Positions 40,546 through 50,984 of a DNA stretch of 64,000 nucleotides are shown here, one piece after another. This DNA is from Octopus vulgaris (taxonomy: Eukaryota). The notes beneath the pieces were generated by a model. It did not search any database, was not told the DNA's origin, and saw only the letters and a list, made by a program, of their open reading frames with translations. The translations under genes and the position numbers were made by a program. Position 1 is the stretch's first letter. Each line of letters starts with the position of its first letter. The stretch is taken from the NCBI GenBank assembly GCA_951406725.2, contig OX597815.1:17050001-17114000 (forward strand), written 5' to 3'.

Positions 40546-43016
40546 ATATTTATATATATATATACATATATATATATATAATAATACATGTATGTATGCA
40601 CGTGTGTGTGTATATGTGAGTGTGTGAGCACGCGTGTGTGCGTATGAAGAGCATCGTATTTCGCTTGTAGCATTATGATATAGAAGTAAAATAACTAATA
40701 ATGAACACGGAGAGCTCCTTACAATACAAAAAGTGAAAGTTAAATAATTTCTGTATTTCAAGCACAAAGATCCGTCATCAAAGGTGAACGGCGCGAAGAA
40801 ATGCATGTTTAACTGGATCCTGCCATGTTGATTGTCGTACGAGCGCCTTGTGAGTGCGAAACCATTGGTCACTTTATGACCCGACCGGCTCTCTCCTCAT
40901 TTGAGCCATTGAGATTTTGGCAATTAAAGGGAGAGAAAGATCTGCGTCAGAGCTCGGCGGAATCTTATTTTCAGTTGAGTAGACTGGAGCAATGTGAAAT
41001 GAAGGGCCTTACTCATGGGTACAACGCATTGTGCAGTGCATGAACCAAACTCGCATTTATATGTGCTTTAACCAACTCTCCTGAGCCCTAAGGCTCTGCG
41101 CATCCAGTCGTGTGAATGGCCAGATATAGTAACCAAACATCATAAAAATACCATACCGTTTTAAAAACGGCAAGACAACAGAAATTGGAAAATATAGCTA
41201 TGGATATTTAAAGAATGGCATAATCACGATTGGCATGCCTCTAAACAGGCATCTGTTCGATCAGAGTTGATCTGGAGTTACTCAACAGCACAGCTTTGAT
41301 TTTCGTGCTTTAGAAGAGTTCATTTTGTAGCAAGCATTCGGGCCTACACACCTCAGTTTTTTTCCTCGCACGCATTTTGCATGAACTATGATCTAGCATA
41401 ATCCCGCATGCTTTCGCTAATCATATGTAGACATCGACCTGCTGACAACAGCAGTCGTGTTAATTTTAGCAATCTGGGAAAGGCTTACGAAAATCATGAT
41501 CGTTGCCCTTTCTCTTCCGAGGAATTTGCAATACAAAAATATTTCATGCTACCCCAATAAATAGCTACGTTAAATGAGACTTCTTTTAAAGTAATCTTAC
41601 ATAGGATGACAACGGAAAACGTCAACGAGAACACTTAACTCTCAGCTGCCCCAGAATTCCCTTGTTAGCGTGCTTTAAGGCCAATAAGAGGCTTATACAG
41701 CTATTTCAAAGCAAATTCTTGACATTAAGAAAGACAATGTTGATAGTAGAGAAAAATGAAAGCATGAGAAATAAACTGCTGAGAAGCTGGGTATGGATTT
41801 CATTCCTATGTGCAAGATGCTACGAGATTTTTAAGAGTGGAGAAAATAGGCTGAAGAGAATGATATTTCATAGAAACAATTATATATATGTGCGTGTGTA
41901 TGTGTGTGCGTGTGTATGTGTGTGTGTGTGTACGTGTGTGTGTGTGTGTGTGTGTCTGTGTGTGTGTATGAATACATATTTCATCTTTTACTTGTTTCAG
42001 TCATTAGACTGCGGCCATGCTGGGACATCAGATAGAAGAATTTTAGTCGAAAGAATCGAACTCAATGTTTATTTTTTTAAAGCCTGGTACACCAGTTGGT
42101 GTTTATATGTGTGTGTATGCATCTCTCTCTCAATATATACAATATATATATGTGTGTGTGTGTGTGTGTTTACATACATGCATACATACATAAATGTGTA
42201 TATATAAATATATATATAAATATATTTATATGTATGTATTTATATCTATACATACACACACATTTATTCATGTTTTATCAAAGGAAGGTAAATATATTAA
42301 AATCGATGAAATTAGGGAAATATCTATAAGACAAAAGGAAGAAAGCATTTTAGTCAAATTATTCCTCAATGCTAATGGCATACACATACGTACATACACA
42401 TGTATATACATATGTATGAACGAGTGTCTATCTTTCTCTCTGTATGCCAATCAATCTATCTGCATTTCTATTTGTTATTACGTAGATGGATATTTACATA
42501 TAAAGATAAATAAATTGATCGATATACAATTAATATTAGTGAAGAATTTGAAAATACCACTTTCTTGCTGTTGTCCAATAAATATTTCCTAAATCTCATC
42601 GATTTTAATATATTTATCTTTCTTTGTGTAAAAAAGATTATCCAAGTTTACGTTAAAACCAGGTAAGTCAGACAGATAATATGACATTGCTTCAATAACT
42701 ATCTTACTTTTACACTAACCCGACATTTTGAATTGCCATTTGTAAATTGTCTTTATATTGTTTCGATTTTCTCTTGGGCGTTTCAGAAACAGAAGCAGTT
42801 TCAGTGTCTGGGTTGATTTTTCAATAGTATCTTTCTGTCATTTAACTATTAATCCAACCAATGCAATCTTAATAGTGTTTGATATGACAGTTACGTAACG
42901 TTTAATAACGGGAAGATAATATATTGTCAGATGTATATTTGAGGGCATTCTCGAGCACCCGTCAGTGTGTTCATATTTTTTTAATGTAAATACGTCCAAG
43001 AAATTAATTACATAAT

Positions 43017-43076
<60 letters not shown>

Positions 43077-43149
43077 CTCTCTCTCTCACACACACACACA
43101 CAAACATTCATACATATCCGTGTTTGTACGTATGCATCTGTGTAATGTG

Positions 43150-44005
43150 TGTATGTATGTAAGTAGGTATGTATGTATGTATGTATGTATGTATGTATGT
43201 ATGTATGTATGTATGTATGTATGAATGTATGTATGTATGTATGTATGTATGTGTGTATGTAAGTATGTATGAATGTATGCATGTATGTATGTATGTATGA
43301 ATGTATGCATGTATGTATGTATGTATGTATGTATGTACACACACACATGTATGTATGTATGTATGTATGTATGTATGTATGTATGTATGTATGTATATAT
43401 GTACGTACGTACGTACGTATGTATGTATGTATGTATGTATGTATGTGTGTATGTATGTATGTATGTATGTATGTATGTATGTATGTATGTATGTATGTAT
43501 GTGTATGTATGTATGTATGTATGTATGTATGTGTGTATGTATGTATGTATGTATGTATGTATGTATGTATGTATGTATGTATGTATGTATGTATGTATGT
43601 ATGTATGTATGTGTGTGTATGTATGTATGTATGTATGTATGTATGTATGTGTGTATGTATGTATGTATGTATGTATGTACGTACGTATGTATGTATGTAT
43701 GTATGTATGTATGTATGTATGTATGTATGTATGTATGTATGTATGCCAATGTTCAATTTTATTTCAAGATTTCTTGCCAATAGAGAAAGAACCGGTTTCT
43801 AGCCTAGATTCAAGGCTCCTTCATTGGGATTTCAACATCAGTAACACAGTGTTTTTGTATGTATGTATGTATGTATGTATGTATGTATGTATGTATGTAT
43901 GTATGTATGTATGTATGCATGCATGCATGTATGTATGTATGTATGTATGTATGTATGTATGTATGTATGTATGTATGTATGTATGCATGTATATATGCAT
44001 GCATG
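43150..44005. repeat. (TATG)n microsatellite interrupted by a ~100-bp insert
   Basis: Direct reading. Confidence 0.95.
43751..43848 (-). mobile_element. Short 3' end of an R4/Dong-like LINE inside a (TATG)n array
   Basis: Homologous to 1881-1975 and similar to the reverse complement of 6720-6820. Confidence 0.5.
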
Positions 44006-44202
44006 AGGCTGTTTGTATTTTCTGTTATAGGCTTCAGTCATTAAACTGCAACCATGTTCTGGTTCCACCTTTAGAATGTAATATTTTTCTCGTGCATAAA
44101 TTTTTCATAGTTATGGTTCTATAGTTTCATAGAACGAATGTTGAACACACACACAAACGCACGCACACAGACACTAAACACTAAACACATCATATGTACA
44201 CA

Positions 44203-44288
<86 letters not shown>

Positions 44289-45025
44289 GTTTTGAACACA
44301 CACACACATACATATCATAAGTTTGAAGATTCGATTCTTCCACGTGTAGTGGATTGTGTCCTTGAGCAAGGTACTCTATGTCATGCTGCTCCAATCTACT
44401 TAGCTGAAACGAGTACCAACTGAGTGCTTCTGCAACCCCACCTCTCTCGCACTCTTTCTAGCTACCATATTCTTGATGTTCTGTAGAGTCAGCGGTAGGA
44501 ACTTTTATGGAACTTTTATGCTTGCTCCTGACAACATAAGCATCTAAAAGAATTGCCAAAATATGAAACATGCTACCAAGTCACTGATTTGTCACTGTGA
44601 CCCAGCTAGCCTTATTCACAATCTAAACATTCGCGTGGTGTTTGGTTATTCATTCTATATATATATGTGAATGCATTACATGTAATATATGTTGGTGTGT
44701 TTCATTATATTACGAGGAAATGTAAGTTAGTTTAGTTGAATTTGAAAGTAAGGGAAATAAGTGAATGTAACGAAATCCTTGTCAACAAGGCTATTATTTT
44801 ATAGATAATGTAAATATTTAACTACTTTATGCGCTGTTTATATTTATAACACACATACCAGGTGAATCTTCCTGGTGAGTGCGATAAGAAACTGTTGTAA
44901 ATAAAGTTAATCCTGTAAATTAACAGGTAATTTAAAGAGGTAAGAATATATAATATACTAGTGATAGATTTAGAGTAACATAAACTGAATATATTGAATC
45001 GCTGCTATCTCTGTCGGTCGAACGT

Positions 45026-45072
45026 TAGTCCTTGATAAGACCAAGGGTGGTCGAAATCACGTGATCTGATGG
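45026..45072 (+). ncRNA. Type I hammerhead-like motif, U3-A8 core (copy 1)
   Basis: TTGATAA-GACC aagggt GGTC-GAA-ATCACGTGAT-C-TGATGG; AUC triplet; 5' strand of stem I partly mutated. Confidence 0.6.
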
Positions 45073-45380
45073 TCCCAGCACTGGAAGTGGCGATGATTTA
45101 CCTCCCCGCTAGCGACATAGACAAGAGTGCGTTTTGCACCAAAAGCCAGAATGTGAGTTTTTCTCGTGGTAACTACAGCAGTATAGTTTGTTCTAACAGA
45201 ACATCGACTTTTAAGTGGGGATAAATATTATCTCCCGGTATTAATACTGCCTCTGTCGCTAATATATATATCTTCAACAAGCTCACTGGGTAATCGTGAC
45301 TCCAGTGCTTGTTCTGGCACTGCTATCCTATATATCACTAGCGGGGAGATGAGTCGCTGCTATCTCTAGGGGTTGTACGT

Positions 45381-45427
45381 CCGTCATTGACAAGACCAAG
45401 AAAAGTCGAAATCACGTGAGCTGGTGG
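45381..45427 (+). ncRNA. Type I hammerhead-like motif, U3-A8 core (copy 2)
   Basis: CCGTCA-TTGACAA-GAC caagaaaa GTC-GAA-ATCACGTGAG-C-TGGTGG; stem I pairs but U16.1 is mutated to G. Confidence 0.55.
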
Positions 45428-46055
45428 TTTCGTTGCTGGTGATGGCGGGAATTTATCTCCTCGCTAACGATATAAACAAGAGCTCTTTTTGATCCATAAG
45501 CCAATATGAGAATTTCTCTCGTCGTATCTAACGCAGTGTAGTTTTTTCTCACAGAACATCCACGTTTAAGTGTTGATAAATATTTGACAAGCCTATGGCA
45601 GTTTTCAACTCAAAAATGTGTCAAGGTATCGGGTTCTATGACAAAGCTGCAGCCACCGCCACCTCCGCAGTGAAAATAACCAAGTGCCAGGATCAGAGCA
45701 AACTAGTTCTGTAGTGCTGGTCTCTAATGGCAATTAGTGGGTGTAAACCGTTCAGAAAAGGAAAATAGTGGTTTGCTGTTTGGAAGAAAAGTTAAAATTT
45801 GAGGTAGAATTCCCCGTCAGAGAAACTGCAGTTATTAGAAATATTGAATTTCTAAATGTCTCAGAGAGACATGAGCGGTGGTGGAGCGATATAATGGTCG
45901 TATACTGTCAACTCAATGTGACAGTCCCGTAAGGGAATTACACCACCGCCATTTAGCCCTAGGAAACATCGACGTTTCCTGTCGGCTTTGACACATTTTC
46001 TGTGTCCTTATATTTGCAAAAGGGAGGCAATCACCCCCGCCAGCTGGGACAGGCA

Positions 46056-46101
46056 CCTGAAGACATATGTTTCTGAGTCTATTGCTCGTCGTCAGTTCAG
46101 G
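46056..46101 (-). ncRNA. Minimal type I hammerhead ribozyme, intact core
   Basis: Minus strand CCUGAA-CUGACGA-c-GAG caauaga CUC-a-GAA-ACAUAUGU-C-UUCAGG: 6-bp stem I, canonical core, palindromic stem III, GUC triplet. Confidence 0.82.
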
Positions 46102-46409
46102 GTAGTCAGTCTCGCTCGCTGAGATGACTACAACCTCTTCGCAAATATATCCTATTTTCAGTAAAATTTATTTACTGATCACCGAAATTAGAAATATTGA
46201 ATTTCTGAATGTCTCAGAGAGACATGAGCGGTGGTGTAGCGATATAATGGTCGTATACTGTCAACTCAATGTGACAGTCACGTAAGGGAATTAAACCACC
46301 GCCATTTAGTCCTAGGAAACATCGACGTTTCCTGTCGGCTTTGACACATTTTCTGCGTCCTTATATTTGCAAAGGGGAGGCAATCACCCCTGCCATCTGG
46401 GACTAAGCA

Positions 46410-46455
46410 CCTGAAGTTATATGTTTCTGAGTCTATTGCTCGTCGTCAGTTCAGG
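46410..46455 (-). ncRNA. Second hammerhead copy, cleavage triplet mutated
   Basis: Identical to 46056-46101 except GUC is replaced by AAC. Confidence 0.65.
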
Positions 46456-47332
46456 GTAGCCAGTCTCGCTCGCTGAGATGACTGCAACCTCTTTACAAAT
46501 ATATCCTATTTTCAGTAAAATTTATTTACTGATCACCGGAATTAGAAATATTGAATTTCTGAATGTCTCAGAGTGCAGTGATTAATTCTTATTTATTAAT
46601 GATTTTATGTGCCTCTATGTAAATACGTATCCGGAAGATATACATGTTACCACTGAAAGCACTGGGAGTGGTGTCGAAATAATGCTTCCTTAAATTACAA
46701 TATTAAACTTGTTTCTGCCACAATAGGCAGCTTAGAAATGCACTCATCTGCAATCAATAGATCCAATCACTCATTCAAAAATGCATTTGATTGGTTGTAG
46801 GGAGAAATAAAGCAGAAATGTCTAGCAATGCATTCTATTTATCACACTTGTGTTAGATAAATGAATATTGATTGATTGAATTGATTGATTAAATCAAAAG
46901 AAACACAATTCACTCTCAGTGCTATAATTATGAAATGATGCTTTCTAATCATATTTTGATTATTCAATCAATATATTTTTTTTTTTTGCTTAAGCTGTAG
47001 AGACAAAGGAATGTCTACTAAAAAAGAAATAAGATATTGTTTGCAAAACGTCACTTCTCCATATAAAAGTAAAGATCTTGTTCAGTAGAATAAAATCAGA
47101 TATTATATTCTAAATCTCCATTTCAGTGGAGTTATTCTACTGGTTGACCTATTGCAGTTATTCATCGAGAGACAAGTCGGTAATAGAGCTTCCACATGGT
47201 CACATACTAGACATGGCAGTCAAATCTCAGTTATTGAACTCTATCTTATACATATGTGTGTGATTGTGTGAGTGTGTACGTGTGTATATGTATACATACA
47301 TACATACATACATACATACATACATACATACA

Positions 47333-47422
<90 letters not shown>

Positions 47423-47425
<3 letters not shown>

Positions 47426-47564
47426 CACGAAGCTTTGTCAATGAACAGGTCACGGTCTCAAAGCGACGAAAATATTTTGACAAATTAAATTTATATGTTG
47501 AAGTGAATCTAACGGTTTTGTGTGTTTCTTAAATGGCTTATAAACACATTCCAGGCTGCAATTG
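47423..47564 (+). mobile_element. Penelope-like terminal-repeat fragment with decayed G3-C8 hammerhead
   Basis: Reverse complement of 49759-49902; motif at 47434-47484 carries G3 to A and one stem II change. Confidence 0.65.
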
Positions 47565-47615
47565 TATATGTATATATATATATATAGACATACATCTCAC
47601 CTACTACTACTACTG

Positions 47616-47657
<42 letters not shown>

Positions 47658-48002
47658 TTACACATGCATACACTACCCTACACATGCTCACATATATGCA
47701 TGCGCACATACACTTACCTATGTACATGCATACCTATATGTGTGTGTAAAAGTTTTAGTAGTATGCTATTATATACAACAGCATTCTTGAAATAAAGGAT
47801 ATAATTCCGATAAAAGGCCAGTATCTGAGAATAGCTGGGATTACCATAGATGGGATTAGAAATGCTTCCCTAAAGAAATTGGAACCAGCAAGATTTAAGA
47901 TTTAAGTATATTAATACAGAGATAAACAATGCATTTACTTGATTCATCCAGTTTGATACTGGATACTCAGATAATGCTTTTATTTCATAATTATTGCGTA
48001 AT

Positions 48003-48153
48003 TTGTGGTCTGAGTGGTTAAAATGTTTGCTTCACGGTCATGAAGTCTCGGTTTCGATCCCACATATTGAGCAAACGCATTTACCATAGTTTCAGGTCGA
48101 TCCAAGTTTTGTGGGTGAAGCTGGGTAGACGGGAACTGTACTGAAGCCCGTCG
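48003..48153 (+). mobile_element. Old diverged SINE family A-related 5' half
   Basis: GTGGTCTGAGTGG..GGTTTCGATCCC..GGTAGACGGGAACTG..GAAGCCCGTCG. Confidence 0.6.
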
Positions 48154-49089
48154 GTTCAATTGTGTTACACTTGCGTCACCCTGATTACGTTAAGGGATGA
48201 AGAATGCTCAACCACTTTGCTTGTTCATAGATCTTCTTGAGAAACCGTCTTTATTGCATGATGTAACATTAAAACTGAACAATCAATCGAATTTTCTCAT
48301 TATGAAGCAATTATGAACCAAATTATATCAATAAGGTTAATTTTGTTGAATATATGTTAACTTTAATCATAAACTGACTGGAAATATTTATTTATTTGAA
48401 ATATCTCCATTTAGAAAATTAAAATCCTTCAATAGAATTTTCAATTTTGTATGTATTTGAATCTGTTATGTATTACTTTATATTACAGATTTTGAAATGA
48501 ACAATTCATAAGATTGGTTTCATAAGATTAAGCAAATTAAGCATGCTTGTATAGTTTGGCTTGCATATAGTAAATGTGCAATCCTTTGGCTTATAAATAT
48601 ATCTTGTCACTTCATCAGTAATAGAAATAAATGCTTTGCTATACGACATTCCCGAGTGAATGGATATGTTCTATAAATCGTATAAGCTCTCGTTAAGGAG
48701 GAAGAATTGGATTGGATGGTTGAGCGAAGTATGCATGATTTGAATGTTTTTTGAACTATCATAGATGAAATGTAGCATGTTTGTTCACCGTACGAAGCTT
48801 AACTTCAATTAAAGAATAGTAGACTTGAAAACACTAGTTTCCCTTAAAATGGTTCTAGCAAAGCCCAAAACTCATTAGTTAATAAGGCAGAACTGTTCAC
48901 AATAACAAAATCACATGACAAACTAGTTACTTAAATTATCACGCATTTATATATTTTATTTAGTATCTTATAAGCATTGTATTAAGGTATCTAATATTTG
49001 GTTACTTTTTGTTTATTTGGGAGAATAGATCCTTTGACATAACATTAATTCAAAATATAGTTCTAAGTTGTCGAATACTAGATAGATCC

Positions 49090-49241
49090 AGTGGCTGTGT
49101 GGTAAGCAGCTTGCTTACCAACCAATGGTTCCACGTTCAGTCCCATTGGTGGCACCTTGGGCAAGTGTCTTCTACTATAGCCTCGGGCCGACCAAAGCCA
49201 TGTGGGTGTATTTGGTAGACAGAAACTGAAAGAAGCCCTTC

Positions 49242-49309
<68 letters not shown>

Positions 49310-49310
49310 G

Positions 49311-49344
<34 letters not shown>

Positions 49345-49580
49345 TATATGCATATGTGTGTGTGTGTTTGTTTGTTTGCATGTGTGTGTATATTTATGTG
49401 TCTGTGTTTGTCCTCCACCATCGCTGACAACCGATGTTGTTGAGTTTACGTCCCCGTAACTTAGCGGTTCGGCAAGAGACCGATAGAATAAGTACCAGGC
49501 TTACAAAGATTAAGTCCTGGGATCGATTTGTTCGATTAAAGGCGGTGCTCCAGCATGGCCGCAATCAAAATAACTGGAAA
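49090..49580 (+). mobile_element. SINE family A
   Basis: Near full-length match. Confidence 0.9.
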
Positions 49581-49699
49581 AAAAACAAACCAAATCATGC
49601 CATTAACCGGCTTGTAACGGGACAGAATCAACTCCATTCTTCTTTCGTTACACTTCTGACGTTATAAATGACGTTTATTTACGAAGTAATCTTTTATTT

Positions 49700-49902
49700 T
49701 ACGGAGATGTACTTGCATAGCAAGTGACCTGATCTGAGATCGTGTGCTGGAACGAAAACAATTGCAGTGTGGAAGGTGTTTATAAGGCATTTAAGAAACA
49801 CACAAAAACCGTTAGATTCACTTCAACACTTAAATTTAATTTGTCAAAATATTTTCGTCGCTTTGAGACCGCGACCTGTTCACTGACAAAAATCCGTGCT
49901 GC
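49700..49902 (-). mobile_element. Penelope-like terminal-repeat fragment
   Basis: Inverted copy of 47423-47564; a 25-bp piece also occurs at 11269-11293; contains the hammerhead motif at 49840-49890. Confidence 0.65.
49840..49890 (-). ncRNA. Minimal type I hammerhead motif with G3-C8 swapped core
   Basis: Minus strand UUUGUCA-GUGAACA-g-GUCGC ggucucaaa GCGAC-GAA-AAUAUU-U-UGACAAA. Confidence 0.68.
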
Positions 49903-49930
49903 ATCTCTTTTATTTGTAATTCCTAAATAA

Positions 49931-50050
49931 TATTGTTATATTTCGGAATGGTCATTTTGCCAGTTTAGCCAATAAAAACACACGCACTATATATTTAGTG
50001 TGTTTTTATTGGCTAAACTGGCAAAATGACCATTCCGAAATATAACAATA
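49931..50050. repeat. Perfect 53-bp inverted repeat with 14-nt spacer
   Basis: 49931-49983 is the exact reverse complement of 49998-50050. Confidence 0.95.
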
Positions 50051-50270
50051 TCTGTTTCAACACACGACTTCACATAAAAAATCTTGCACAACAAATATAT
50101 AAACGTCCTAAATAATGTTTTATTTGTAATTCCTAAATAATGATTAATTGTCCTAGATTCCACTTTCCTTAGCTTTCACAAATTTTATATTTGCTCCTCT
50201 TCTTCCCTAATTGAGCTTTATTCAATTATACTTTCTGCGGACCTACTTTATGAAATGGGTAGTTCCTTTT

Positions 50271-50351
50271 GAGGTGATCCTCCGTATAAGATGATCCTCC
50301 GTATAAGATGATCCTGCGAATGAGGTAATCCTCCGTATGAGGTGATCCTCC
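50271..50351. repeat. 17-bp minisatellite (GAGGTGATCCTCCGTAT), ~4.8 copies
   Basis: Direct reading. Confidence 0.9.
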
Positions 50352-50984
50352 AAAATTTATGTCAAATGTGTGAACTATTAAAAGTGACGGAATAAAATAT
50401 ATTCACCGCAATTGTCGCATACACATTCCATCAGTGACCATAAACTTCAGTTGGTATACCTTTGTCTCTTAGGATTCCTCTGAAGCGTCGTCATATAGAA
50501 GATGTAATTTCCAAGGTTTTCAACAGTCGTGAAGAATCTCCTATTATCGGGTAGATTCTACCGGGAAACCAATTGTTTCTCTGATGAAAAAGCGGCATAA
50601 AACAATTTCTGTAAATTGAATTAAGCTGATATTTGCAACACGGTTTAGATCATCTGAAATGATCAAAATGTCACGTTTCAATAGTCATGGTATTATCAAA
50701 ATAACGTGAGTGGGATTTCTCATTCCAATGTCTTCAGTTAACACAACCATCGCTTATTCGATTTTAGGATATTACTTTGTTACAAAAATAGTGAACCAAG
50801 TGTTACACTGTTTGTTAGGAAGTTGGCCTTATTTCAGTCCATGGCTGATGTTGATCTTATTAGCGTCGTTATTGTTGTTTCGCTCTAGGTCTACCCTGGC
50901 TGGACAAACCTTTGATCCAAAGTGTTCTAGCTAAAACAATCCCGTATTTTTATGAATTTTTAAGTCAAAAAGATAGGCCTATAG

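Larger units (their letters stand above)
44995..45584 (+). repeat. Diverged 355-bp tandem repeat (1.7 copies), each unit with a hammerhead-like motif
   Basis: TGA(A/G)TCGCTGCTATCTCT at 44995 and 45350; homology continues to GATAAATATT (45584). Confidence 0.85.
45834..46573 (-). mobile_element. Retrozyme-like 353-bp tandem repeat (2.1 copies)
   Basis: ATTAGAAATATTGAATTTCT at 45834, 46187 and 46541; one hammerhead motif per full unit; flanks TGCAGTTATTA (45827)/TGCAGTGATTA (46574) look like an 11-bp TSD. Confidence 0.8.

Noticed and set aside
50271-50351. Short repeat array resembling CRISPR
   Set aside because: Contiguous 17-bp units without spacers, in eukaryotic DNA with no cas genes.
50473-50550. 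Possible exon IPLKRRHIEDVISKVF..
   Set aside because: Plausible acceptor only; no family match or partner exons can be supported.
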